From positions 3,168,001 through 3,232,000 of the forward strand of contig OY760183.1 in the NCBI GenBank assembly GCA_963663275.1: a stretch of DNA of 64,000 nucleotides, written 5' to 3'. Source of the stretch: Chloroflexota bacterium. GTDB taxonomy: Bacteria; Chloroflexota; UBA11872; VXOZ01. Below the pieces are notes generated by a model that was not told the DNA's origin, did not search any database, and saw only the letters and a list, made by a program, of their open reading frames with translations. Position 1 is the first letter of the stretch, and every line of letters starts with the position of its first letter. The translations under genes were made by a program, and so were the position numbers. Shown one piece after another: positions 8,814 through 20,091 of this stretch.

Positions 8814-10280
8814 TCAGACTGGCAACCGAGGTTCAGCTTCGCGCCGTCCTGCCGCTACGTTCGGGGTCTTGAATCGCTTGCCATCAAGTATGTCCGCTAC
8901 TGTGAGTATCTGCATTCGCGGGTACTGCATCCCGTGAACCTCTAGACTACCCGCCTCTGCCATGTAGCGGTTGAAGTTGCGCACTTGCCCCGCGCTAAGC
9001 GGTTCCATCACGATAAGGCCGGCCATGAGCGCGCTATCTCCATCCATGACCGCGCGCAATTCCCGCAGCACTTTTATTGTGACGTTTCGGCCGCCCTTGA
9101 CCTCGAGCACCATGCTATGAATCTGGTCATCGTGCGGCATGTAGAAGTAAAGCCGTCCATCAATCCCTCTGTCAGCCGTGCGCTTGGCAGTCACGAATCC
9201 GTCCACTTGCTCTACCGCCCACTGCTGGAAGTGGTACGTATCCCGCTGCCACAGATCCCGGGCCGCCTCTAGGGTAAGCGGTACGCCATCCACTTCATAG
9301 TCCTTGCCCTCTACCAGTCCGCAGCGGTCTTTTAGGCGGTTCTGAATCACGCGGTTGACGGCGTGAAACGCTATGTCTATGCCTATCCACTTGCGGCCTA
9401 GGATGTGCGCCGCCTCTAGGGTAGTTGCGCATCCTGCGAACGGGTCGAGCACCACGTCTCCCTCACTCGAGCTTGCCTTGATGATGCGCTCCAGCAGGGC
9501 GCGCGGTTTCTGTGTGGCGTACCCCATGCGTTCTTTCGACTGGGTTTGCCCTAGCGAATGCACGTCGGTCCACCAGTCAGGAATCGGTGTGCCAGGGATT
9601 TCGTCAAGGTACGTTCTGCCGCCAGGGTATTGCTTGTAAGCCCGGCCGTCCTCATCCTTCATCGTGTACTTGGCTTTTGCCGCGTCGGTCAGAGGCTTGT
9701 AAGGACGGTTGAATACACCGCTCTTGCTTGAGCGTCCGTAGTAGAAGATGGTGTCATGCTTGCGGTGGAATCCAAACTTGGGACCGCGTCCACCCGGAGG
9801 GTAGCACCACACAATCTCGTTACGAAAGTTCTGATGTCCGAACACCGCGTCCATAATGGTCTTGAGATAGTGACTTGCCGTTGTGTCGCAATGCAGGTAG
9901 ATACTTCCGGTGGGCTTCAATAAGCGCTGCATGACAAGCAGGCGCTGCGTCATGTATGACAGATAGGCAAGCAAGCGCGGTTGTGTGTGACGCAGCGCGT
10001 TCATCCACAGTCTCCATAGTTCAGCGGCGGAGTCGTCCAATCCAGCCTCACGCATCAAGACCGGCATGGCGCGTACGACACGTTCGCTTTCCGCGTCCAT
10101 TTCCCACATATCGCAGAAAGCGTCCACTTGCTCTGGCAAGGGTTGGCCGGTCTCGTCCTTGTAGATGGAATTGTACGTGCGATTGCTATTGAACGGCGGG
10201 TCAAGGTAGATGAGGTCAACGCTGCCTAACTTCATGTCCTGCATCACGGTCAAGCAATCGCCAAAGTATAGTTTGTTCAC
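8814..10280 (-). CDS. N6A/N4C DNA methyltransferase (beta class) fused to a C-terminal Mrr-like PD-(D/E)xK endonuclease domain
   Basis: LIYLDPPF, TQKP...LLERII, LDPFAGCATT; C-term ADRGIDG...LEVKGG. Confidence 0.88.
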   Translation of the reverse strand: MNKLYFGDCLTVMQDMKLGSVDLIYLDPPFNSNRTYNSIYKDETGQPLPEQVDAFCDMWEMDAESERVVRAMPVLMREAGLDDSAAELWRLWMNALRHTQPRLLAYLSYMTQRLLVMQRLLKPTGSIYLHCDTTASHYLKTIMDAVFGHQNFRNEIVWCYPPGGRGPKFGFHRKHDTIFYYGRSSKSGVFNRPYKPLTDAAKAKYTMKDEDGRAYKQYPGGRTYLDEIPGTPIPDWWTDVHSLGQTQSKERMGYATQKPRALLERIIKASSSEGDVVLDPFAGCATTLEAAHILGRKWIGIDIAFHAVNRVIQNRLKDRCGLVEGKDYEVDGVPLTLEAARDLWQRDTYHFQQWAVEQVDGFVTAKRTADRGIDGRLYFYMPHDDQIHSMVLEVKGGRNVTIKVLRELRAVMDGDSALMAGLIVMEPLSAGQVRNFNRYMAEAGSLEVHGMQYPRMQILTVADILDGKRFKTPNVAAGRREAEPRLPV

Positions 10281-10427
10281 GTGACTGCCGCCTGGATGAA
10301 ATCACCAGTTGCATTCTCGCTGCAGCCGATGTTGTACTTGTAGCATGCTTTCGTAACGCGGGACGGGGCGTGCCTCACGGTGTAGCAGTGATGCGAGCCA
10401 CCCAACACCTGTTCTAGCAGCACACCG

Positions 10428-12410
10428 TTATCCACCATCTCGTGCCAGACTTTCATCGCCATGGTGACTAGCTCCGCAAGCTAAAGAAACAACACCCGAT
10501 TCTACATAAGATCGAATCGTGCTCAGCATAATCACTTCAATGGCATGCGTCTCACCGTCTCTTTGGAGTAGATGGGTTGTTCCCGGATACCTTCGTTGGT
10601 CGAGGTTTGTGATATCTATCGGCTTCAGTTCATACCCAGCAAAACTCTCTTGAACTGTTCCCCAGCAAACGCAAATGTCTATGTGATTGTATTGCTTTGG
10701 CTTATTCTCGTCGTCGATGTCGTCTATCAAACCATCAAGATTGTTCTTGTATTCGAGTGTCAGGTTCCTAGTTTGAAATGTGTCGCTTTCACCGAGCACA
10801 GAGGGTGCCAATCCTAAGATACTCTCACTTGCTTTCAGTTCCCTTTCAGTACTGTCACATCGAAAGAATACTAGTGAGTCATACGTCTGGCTCTGACTCG
10901 TCGCTAGTAAGCGTATCCCGGGAAACACACCCAATGCACACAGTTGGTGAAAAAGCCCAACTACATCTTGTTCAGTCAGAGGTTCGCTTTCATATGTCAC
11001 TGGGGGAATATGAATCGGCTTTCGTTCCTGGTGCTTGCGCACATTGAATTCCCAGTCCTGCTTGTTGAATTCCACCTCTCGTTGTTGCGCGGAAGGAGTC
11101 TCGCCCGTAGGCCTAAGGAATAAGCGCTGGTTGGCCAGATACTGAACAACTCGATTTGCCGCGGCCTTTGCAGTGTCAAGTACCTCGTCCTGTACAGTCT
11201 TGCGGCCTTGGTCTGGGAATGCGTTGTCGAAGTGGACGACTACAAGCACGTTACGACTAAAGGCCTCGTACCGTGTGGCATCAATGGGAAATAAGTCGGC
11301 CAACCTTTGCCGGTTTATGGCGAGCACGAGGCCCGGAGAGAGATACGACCTAGACCTTGACTGAGAGAGAATGCTGTTCATATCACCCCAAATCCCACCT
11401 TGGTATGGAACGAAAGCGTACAGGGTGGGATCGTAAGTATTCAGCTGTTCCTCGAATTCCTCTCTCTCAGCCCTTGTGTACTCAGTTCGAATTCTCTCAG
11501 TGTCCCAATAGACAAATACACCATCTTGCCGTTTGAACTGATCGGGAATGTCCGCGCGTTGCGGATGCTCCGTATAATACGTTCCTAAATCTAGAAAGCG
11601 GTATTCGGGATTGCGGTCAACATTGTGTGGATAGAGAAAGCTAGGTTCGAAGGGGCGGTCCGACTTTTCACCCTGAGAGTCAATCAAGGTAAGTGAGGCT
11701 TCGATATCGTCAAGTGGTTGGCGGTCAATTAGAATCTGGCCGATCGCAGTCCGAGTTTGCAAGATTGCGGCCCAAGCATCAATGTGTGGGGTAAGAGCAC
11801 GCAGGCTCTTGGGTCGTGTTGATTCAGAAAACTGCAATCTTACAAACGTGCCCCTGCTAAGTCCACTTAGCGGCGATTCGTCATCATCCCTGTCAACCAT
11901 TGCTGAATTGGGGCGTTCACCACGTGCCCAAGCATTGCCATATCGCATGCGTAAAGCAACAATCTCTTGGCCCTCTACCTTAGAGTGAATTCTCAGGTCG
12001 TCAGTGCCGTAGGCAAGGAGGGTTAGACCCACGCCCTTATAGCCACGGTATGAATTCTTCTTGCCTCTGCGGTCCATGATCCCTCCTTCACCCTTGAGGG
12101 AAACATGAGGTGCTACCGCACGAGCCAAGTCTCTCTCTGCCATCCCGATGCCGGTATCTAGGACAGAGACGTTGTTTTCACTAAGATTTATGGTTACTTC
12201 CAACCGAAAGGGGCCGGCAAGCTCATCAAGCACGGCATCCTCAATTGCGTCGACAGCATTCTGCACAGCCTCGGCCAAGAAGTCATAGTTGCTGTTATAG
12301 CTCTCGAGAACCCCAGACACGAGGCTTCGCTTATAGATGTCACTCTGAACTACGGTTTCTAGAGGATCGCGAGGGTATGAAATAGCCCTCTCAGATTCTC
12401 GTTCCGTCAT
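10428..12410 (-). CDS. GHKL (MORC/Hsp90-like) ATPase with putative C-terminal PD-(D/E)xK nuclease domain
   Basis: EAVQNAVDA, DTGIGM, GYKGVG, GTFVRL GHKL motifs; C-term TEQDVVGLF...YD...LEYK; visibly lower GC than flanks. Confidence 0.75.
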   Translation of the reverse strand: MTERESERAISYPRDPLETVVQSDIYKRSLVSGVLESYNSNYDFLAEAVQNAVDAIEDAVLDELAGPFRLEVTINLSENNVSVLDTGIGMAERDLARAVAPHVSLKGEGGIMDRRGKKNSYRGYKGVGLTLLAYGTDDLRIHSKVEGQEIVALRMRYGNAWARGERPNSAMVDRDDDESPLSGLSRGTFVRLQFSESTRPKSLRALTPHIDAWAAILQTRTAIGQILIDRQPLDDIEASLTLIDSQGEKSDRPFEPSFLYPHNVDRNPEYRFLDLGTYYTEHPQRADIPDQFKRQDGVFVYWDTERIRTEYTRAEREEFEEQLNTYDPTLYAFVPYQGGIWGDMNSILSQSRSRSYLSPGLVLAINRQRLADLFPIDATRYEAFSRNVLVVVHFDNAFPDQGRKTVQDEVLDTAKAAANRVVQYLANQRLFLRPTGETPSAQQREVEFNKQDWEFNVRKHQERKPIHIPPVTYESEPLTEQDVVGLFHQLCALGVFPGIRLLATSQSQTYDSLVFFRCDSTERELKASESILGLAPSVLGESDTFQTRNLTLEYKNNLDGLIDDIDDENKPKQYNHIDICVCWGTVQESFAGYELKPIDITNLDQRRYPGTTHLLQRDGETHAIEVIMLSTIRSYVESGVVSLACGASHHGDESLARDGG

Positions 12411-12658
12411 GATTTTCCTCGTCGTTCCTTGAGGCCAAACACAGTGGCTATGAGCCTGAAATCAGATCTGCCTATTCCAAGTCCACAAAGAAGTGCTCCA
12501 AGGCACATTGGTACGTTTCGTTACGCAATTGACCGCTTCGCCTCAACAGAACATGTACTACATGCACAATCTGCAACTTTAGAAGTGTATCGACATTCAA
12601 TAGGGCATTCGCTAGCTACGTAAAGAAAAGTCAATCTGGATTTAGACTTCCTGCAACT

Positions 12659-12737
12659 TGGTGAGAAAAAGAGGGCTTGACCTCCAAGCCTCCACGGTTT
12701 TCATTCGTGGCGATTGAACCAGTTGAGCTACTTGCTC
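12659..12737 (-). pseudogene. Degenerate tRNA-Val pseudogene (copy C)
   Basis: Aligns end to end with 35456-35532 (tggtg...gcctccacg...cgtggcg...gagctacttgc); stems and anticodon loop disrupted. Confidence 0.75.
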
Positions 12738-12747
12738 TTCATCCACT

Positions 12748-12780
12748 GCGGAGTATAGCACGGCACCAATACGTGAGCAA
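12748..12780 (-). promoter_or_regulatory. tRNA-type sigma70 promoter, copy C
   Basis: Minus strand TTGCTC-N17-TATACT with extended TG and CCGC discriminator. Confidence 0.7.
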
Positions 12781-12943
12781 TGGCTATCAGCGGGGCGACT
12801 GACCCCCTCGACCCTGTGGGCGGGGTGTTAGCGCAATGAAGCTAACACCTCGTCGCGGCGGCCGCATTGCCGGAGTGGTCGATGCGGTAGCCCGCGGCGG
12901 CTGAAAGCGGTGTGCGCGTGGGCGGCTTTCGAGCCGGACGGAC

Positions 12944-13044
12944 TCATACTTCCGCCGTCCGCCAGACGCCTTGCCGGTAGCGCCACCAGGCTCCGGCGGT
13001 GCGCGCCGCGAAGAAGGCGACCCCGGCAACGTAGACGCCGGGGA
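12944..13044 (-). pseudogene. 3' remnant of MATE transporter gene
   Basis: Near-identical to 14596-14696 (PGVYVAGVAFFAARTAGAWWRYRQG.WRTAEV*). Confidence 0.85.
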
Positions 13045-13139
13045 CATGGACGAGTATCTCAAGGACGACGACTACGGAAGTCCCTTACGCTTAAAGAGAA
13101 GCTGCCCTGGGCAGATAGTGGAGGGGCAGATCACCTGGG

Positions 13140-13898
13140 CTAACCTTGTAGGGTACCGCTCGCGCGGGTTGGGTACCGAGCGTTCGGGCTTTCAAGGATT
13201 GCGCGCTGGGATTCGGTCAGGTCTGCATAGTCATCGGGATCCAGGTAGCTGGCCGACCATGAGAGCGGGTGCGGGCTGTACTTGAAGAAGATAGTGCGGC
13301 GCTCGTCGGCGCCGTTCCAGGGAAGGGTGCCGTGGGTAAGGGCCTCGGTGAAGATGATGGCGGTGCCGGCGGGTCCGGTTACCCGCTCCACGAAAGGGCC
13401 CGGTTCGTCCATCTCTTTCCACTCTTCGGGGAACTTGAAGTTGCTCTTATGCGAGCCTGGCACGCAGCCAAAGCCGCCGTCCATGGGGCCGACATCCTTC
13501 AGATTGTAGGCAACCACGGAAAGGCCGTTATGCATCATCCCGTCATGGAAGCGGTAGTAGAACATGGGCCGGAAGGGGGCGCCGCCGCCGTGGAGGCTTG
13601 TCCCGATCGGGCCCTTGCCTGACCTGATGACATCGAGATAAACGTGGTCGAGCCTGAACTGATCGCCAAGCAGTTCGGTCAGGTAGGGTGTGATGGCCGG
13701 ATTGTCGATTAGGTCGCGGTAGTCCTTGGACCAGTGAAGCAGATGCTCAAACCTATGGGTGCGCATGTCCGTTGGGCATTCAGCGGCCATGTGCTCGTCG
13801 AGCACGCTGTTGAGCTGGGCGATCTTCTCAGGTGATAGTGCTCCCGGCACGGCAAGGTAGCCTTGAAGGTCGAACATGTAGCGCTCGTGGTCGTTCAT
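13140..13898 (-). CDS. Phytanoyl-CoA dioxygenase (PhyH) family Fe(II)/2OG enzyme
   Basis: FDLQGYL, LHGG, GGFGCVPGSHK, FTEALTHGTLPW...RR motifs. Confidence 0.88.
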   Translation of the reverse strand: MNDHERYMFDLQGYLAVPGALSPEKIAQLNSVLDEHMAAECPTDMRTHRFEHLLHWSKDYRDLIDNPAITPYLTELLGDQFRLDHVYLDVIRSGKGPIGTSLHGGGAPFRPMFYYRFHDGMMHNGLSVVAYNLKDVGPMDGGFGCVPGSHKSNFKFPEEWKEMDEPGPFVERVTGPAGTAIIFTEALTHGTLPWNGADERRTIFFKYSPHPLSWSASYLDPDDYADLTESQRAILESPNARYPTRASGTLQG

Positions 13899-14312
13899 GA
13901 GTTGTCTCCTTGTTACATGTTTTCTGGAATCAATGGCAACAGCCTTTATGCCACACTCTTTCCAGGCTCTGACTTTAGCCTACATCGACCGCCTCGATGG
14001 TCTACCACGATGCGCCAACTTAGAACTTGCCTTGCCACTCTGGAGCGCCAATCGCGGGAACCTGAATTCAATCTCTGTAACTGGAGTTTTGCCAAGGCAG
14101 CAGACATGCGCTTGCGTGGCGTCCATGATTTGCTTGCGAACGGGCGACCCTCTTCCTTCCCTAACACGGTTCCGTTCTTACCCTCCGTATTGTCAAATCC
14201 CTAAGAAACAATCTCAAAATGGTCAGCCGCCACAGTCGGCGGAACCACAAGGCGGGTCTGGCCAAATGCTACCGTGGAATAGTTCGAGTCCCCTCAGTGC
14301 TTAGCTATGAAC

Positions 14313-14389
14313 TGGTGGGCAAGGGAGGACTCGAACCTCAGATCTCCACGATGTCAACATGGCGCTCTAACCGGCTGCGCTACTTTCCC
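14313..14389 (-). pseudogene. tRNA-Val(GAC) near-intact copy, probably pseudogene (copy B)
   Basis: 77 nt, 7 differences from 35456-35532; GAC anticodon and CCA kept but mismatches in acceptor, D and T stems. Confidence 0.8.
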
Positions 14390-14399
14390 TACCTACAAA

Positions 14400-14432
14400 G
14401 CGGAGTATAGCACGGCGCCTACATGGGAACAA
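14400..14432 (-). promoter_or_regulatory. tRNA-type sigma70 promoter, copy B
   Basis: Minus strand TTGTTC-N17-TATACT with extended TG and CCGC. Confidence 0.7.
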
Positions 14433-14595
14433 TCGCCGTCGGTGGAGCAAGCGACCTTCTTGACGCTGTGGGCGGGGACTTAACGCAATGAAACTAACGC
14501 GCCGTTGCGGCGGCCGCATTGCCGCAATGGTCGATGCAGCAGCCCTCGGCGGCCGAAAACGGTGTGCGCATGGGCGGCTTGCGAGCCGGACGACC

Positions 14596-16011
14596 TCATA
14601 CTTCTGCCGTGCGCCAGGCTCCTTGCCGGTAGCGCCACCAGGCACCGGCGGTGCGCGCCGCGAAGAAGGCGACCCCGGCAACGTAGACGCCGGGGAGTCC
14701 CCAGCCGACCACGCCGGTGAGCAGCCACGCCAGCGGTACCATGACCAGGTAGCTGGCAGCCGTGGACGTGTAGAGCACCCATTTGGAGTCACCGGCGGCG
14801 CGCAGCACCGCGGCCAGCGTCATGCTCGCGGCCATGAAGGGCACCTGCAGCAACAGGAGGGGGAGAACGCGCGTTACCTCCGCTACCACAGCGACGTCGG
14901 GGGTCAGCAGGTGCAGTATTGCGGACGGCGCGACCAGCACCGGCGCCAGGACGAACGCCGGCAGGGCGGCCATCAGCAGCAGCCCGGCCCGCTGGGTGAG
15001 CGCCACCGTGCGCTCATCGTCGTTGCCAAGGCTCTGCCCGATCAGGATAGACACGCCGGTCGAAAGCGCCCAAATCATCGCCCAGAGGATCTGGTGTACA
15101 TTGGTGACGACCTGCATCCCGGCGATGACGGTGGCGCCGAGCGCGGCGACAATCCAGAGCACGAGCACGTTGTTGGCGTAGCCCAGGAAGAGCATGGCCG
15201 TCTCGGGCCAACCGATCGACCAGAGCCGCGGCAGCGCCTCCCGGGCCTGGCGCAGTCGCCCGAAGCGGAAGAGAGCGTACGTGCCGCGGAACCTTCTCCA
15301 GCCAAATTGCGCCATGTAGACGCAGCCCACGGCTACCGCGATCAGCGTCCCGACGCCCGCGCCGCGAAGCCCCCAGCCTGCCACGAAGATCAGGACATAG
15401 TTCAGCGGGACGTTGATCACGTTGACGAGGAGCGTCACGCGCATCGCCACGCCGGTCTCCCCCACGCCCGCGTAGACGGCGCGGAACATAGCCGTGGCGG
15501 CCGCGAACGGCGCGGCGAGCGCGAGTATGCGGAGATACGGCACGCCCTCGGACTGCACAACCTCGCTCAATCCGAACGCGGCGAGGAGCGGCCCTGCGGC
15601 GACGTTCAAGACCAGGAGCACCACGAGGCCGGCGCCAACGCCGATGAGCAACGAGACGTCCAGCAACCGCCCAACCGCCGCCGGCCGTCCCTCGCCGAAC
15701 CTGCGGGCCGAGATCACCTGCGCCGCGGTCGCCCATCCGCCAAACAGCATGCCCGCCGCGATGTTGATGGACGAGGCGACGGCCGCCGCCGCCAGCGCCT
15801 GAGTGGACACACGGCTGATCATCGCGGTGTCCACGACCGCAAGCACGATCTGCGAGAGATTCGCGACGACGATCGGGTAGCTCAAGGCGAGCACCCGCTT
15901 CAGCACGACCGTCTGGGCTGTTGCCACCGCGACGCCAGCTTTCGTCAAGATGGTGCGCGCGCAGCCACCGGCATGAGCGAGGGCGCATCCCGGTGGAGAC
16001 GCTTGCCGCAA
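14596..16011 (-). CDS. MATE family efflux transporter
   Basis: About 12 hydrophobic segments; LSYPIVVANLSQIVLAVVDTAMI, YLRILAL, NVPLNYVLIF, LRAAGDSK; true start uncertain (possibly GTG 15927). Confidence 0.9.
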   Translation of the reverse strand: MRQASPPGCALAHAGGCARTILTKAGVAVATAQTVVLKRVLALSYPIVVANLSQIVLAVVDTAMISRVSTQALAAAAVASSINIAAGMLFGGWATAAQVISARRFGEGRPAAVGRLLDVSLLIGVGAGLVVLLVLNVAAGPLLAAFGLSEVVQSEGVPYLRILALAAPFAAATAMFRAVYAGVGETGVAMRVTLLVNVINVPLNYVLIFVAGWGLRGAGVGTLIAVAVGCVYMAQFGWRRFRGTYALFRFGRLRQAREALPRLWSIGWPETAMLFLGYANNVLVLWIVAALGATVIAGMQVVTNVHQILWAMIWALSTGVSILIGQSLGNDDERTVALTQRAGLLLMAALPAFVLAPVLVAPSAILHLLTPDVAVVAEVTRVLPLLLLQVPFMAASMTLAAVLRAAGDSKWVLYTSTAASYLVMVPLAWLLTGVVGWGLPGVYVAGVAFFAARTAGAWWRYRQGAWRTAEV

Positions 16012-16091
16012 TCGAGCGGTCGGCGTTCATGCGGCGCGCCGTGGCCGCCACCTCCACTTATTGCGACTTCATGTCATTATGGAGTCTAGGT

Positions 16092-16120
16092 ATGGTATAC
16101 CGTCCTCATCAAGGTGTCAA
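16092..16120 (-). promoter_or_regulatory. Sigma70 promoter for MATE
   Basis: Minus strand TTGACA-N17-TACCAT. Confidence 0.6.
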
Positions 16121-16293
16121 CCTCTGTCGAGGACCGTTAGCGAGGCTGTTAGAAGGGGGATTCGTCGCTCCGAAGTCGCGCTTGGGCGGATGTGCGCCTT
16201 CCGATCGGCTACAGCCATGCGGCAGAGTCTCTCGGAACATACATGACATGAGCTATCAACAGAAGATCGTGAGGGAGCCCGGAGGCTTGTCCA

Positions 16294-16611
16294 TTAGCGA
16301 ACGGTGTTCATTTCGAGTTGGACGCCCTCGTGCTGCTGGATGCGGCTGATGACCTCGAAGAGATTGCGCGCGTGGGGGTTGCCGGCTGGCCCGAACATGC
16401 GCATCAGACTCTTGGGCGGCTTGCCGGTCAGGGAACCAAGCTCCTCGAACCCGACGGTGGCGTTGATATAGTCACGCAGGACGATCTTGCCCACATCGAC
16501 GTCCCCGGCAAGCAGGCGCTCAATACCTTCCTCGAGCAGCCCTTCGCGAAATTCCGGGTCGCGCGCGGCGCGGGTCTGGACGGTCTCTTTAGAGTCGCGG
16601 GTGAGCGGCAT
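16294..16611 (-). CDS. HTH transcriptional regulator / addiction-module antitoxin-like protein (orphan)
   Basis: MPLTRD.KETVQ.RAARDPEFR...LRDYINATVGFEEL...KSLMRMFGPAGNP. Confidence 0.8.
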   Translation of the reverse strand: MPLTRDSKETVQTRAARDPEFREGLLEEGIERLLAGDVDVGKIVLRDYINATVGFEELGSLTGKPPKSLMRMFGPAGNPHARNLFEVISRIQQHEGVQLEMNTVR

Positions 16612-16645
16612 CTTTCACGCCTCCCGCTGCATGTGACGATTGTAC

Positions 16646-18814
<2,169 letters not shown>

Positions 18815-18859
18815 CTACGCGCCGCGCGGACGTGACGTGCGCTGCTATCGCTTCGCTGT

Positions 18860-18907
18860 CGCCCAGTCGCGGCGCCGGTTAACTGCGTTGCTTGCGCTTC
18901 CCCATTG
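18860..18907 (-). pseudogene. Highly decayed 5' part of tRNA-Val (copy D), separated from its promoter by MITE insertion
   Basis: Joining across the MITE gives ctgcgttgcttgcgcttccccattgagcggagtatagcatggga vs intact ctgagctacttgcccttcctctattgcggagtatagcatggga. Confidence 0.5.
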
Positions 18908-19009
18908 GAGACCTTTGCATAACCCCTTCCCCATTGAGGGGGAAGGTTGGGATGGGGGTGAAACGGCTTGACTTCATGGCGCTGTTGGTTGTAATTGCGC
19001 TCTGGATTC

Positions 19010-20043
19010 CCTAGACTCACAAACGAAGTGCAACACTTTGCTAAGGTGTTGCCATGGGAAAACAATACACACAACTTACCATTGAAGAGCGGTGTGAAAT
19101 TGCCCGACTTCTCACCGCGAGAACCTCGCACCGGCAAATCGCTGCAACTCTGGGTCGCGCGCCATCGACGATTTCGCGGGAGGTGAAACGAAATGGATCG
19201 CAATCGGCAGGCTATGAGCCAAAGTATGCCGATGATCAGGCGTGGGCGCGGTGCTGGCGCGGCAGCAAGCTGGAGCGGGATGCCGAGTTGCGGGAGGTGG
19301 TGTTGGGATACTTGCGGGATTGTTGGTCGCCGGAGCAGGTATCCGGACGTTTGGCGCGGGAGAACGGCGCGCCGGTCGTCTCTCACGAGACCATCTATCG
19401 CTTCATCTACGGGCAGCAGGCGCGCACGAAGGACGGTAACTGGCGGCATTACCTGCCGCGCGCCAAGTCCAAACGGGGCTGGCGCGGGCGAAAGGGCGGC
19501 AGTCCGGCCTCGTTCATTGCCCAGCGCCGACCGCTGGCAGAACGGCCCCAGGCGGCGGCAGACCGCCAAACGCCCGGCCACTGGGAGGCGGACCTGATGC
19601 TCTTTCGCACCTACGGTCAAGCAGTCTTGACCCTGCACGAGCGCCACTCGCGCCTGTTGCTGGCCGCGCGACCGCCCGGCAAGGCGGCAGCGCCGATCGC
19701 CACTATCCTGCACGACCTGTTCGCCGCGCTGCCCCCAGCGTGCAGCCAGACCGTCACGTTCGACAATGGCACGGAGTTCGCACAGCATTACCGCCTCCAT
19801 GACTTGGGCATCCAAACCTTCTTCTGCGATACCCACTCGCCCTGGCAGAAAGGGGGCATCGAGAACGCCATCGGCCGCCTGCGGCGCCGGCTGCCGCGCA
19901 AGACCGACCTGGCACAGGTGAGCCAACAACGCTTTGCGCAACTGGTCCACGCCTACAACCACACCCCGCGCAAGTGTCTTGACTTCCAAACGCCAGCCGA
20001 AGTATTCATCAACCAGGTGTTGCACTTGAAATGTGAATCCACC
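19010..20043 (+). mobile_element. IS30 family insertion sequence
   Basis: ~26-bp imperfect IRs (ctagactcacaaacgaagtgcaacac / gtgttgcacttgaaatgtgaatccac), TTC duplication within CTGGATTC|CGGCTTTCGCCGGAATGAC. Confidence 0.88.
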
Positions 20044-20064
20044 TTCCGGCTTTCGCCGGAATGA
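19054..20064 (+). CDS. IS30 family transposase
   Basis: HTH RQIAATLGRAPSTISREVKRN; WSPEQ, GHWEADL, TFDNGTEF, PWQKGGIEN, N.TPRKCLDF.TP. Confidence 0.95.
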   Translation: MGKQYTQLTIEERCEIARLLTARTSHRQIAATLGRAPSTISREVKRNGSQSAGYEPKYADDQAWARCWRGSKLERDAELREVVLGYLRDCWSPEQVSGRLARENGAPVVSHETIYRFIYGQQARTKDGNWRHYLPRAKSKRGWRGRKGGSPASFIAQRRPLAERPQAAADRQTPGHWEADLMLFRTYGQAVLTLHERHSRLLLAARPPGKAAAPIATILHDLFAALPPACSQTVTFDNGTEFAQHYRLHDLGIQTFFCDTHSPWQKGGIENAIGRLRRRLPRKTDLAQVSQQRFAQLVHAYNHTPRKCLDFQTPAEVFINQVLHLKCESTFRLSPE

Positions 20065-20091
20065 CAGAGTTATGCAAAGGTCTCCCATTGA

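Larger units (their letters stand above)
18908..20084. mobile_element. MITE-like element (~140 bp once IS30 is removed) with 16-bp perfect terminal IRs and 6-bp target duplication
   Basis: GAGACCTTTGCATAAC (18908-18923) / GTTATGCAAAGGTCTC (20069-20084); CCATTG at 18902-18907 and 20085-20090. Confidence 0.8.

Noticed and set aside
12659-12737. Novel tRNA with expanded or recoded anticodon loop
   Set aside because: Stems and T-loop consensus are broken throughout, consistent with neutral decay.
14313-14389. Second functional tRNA-Val
   Set aside because: Mismatches in acceptor, D and T stems; treated as a probable pseudogene, though residual function is not excluded.
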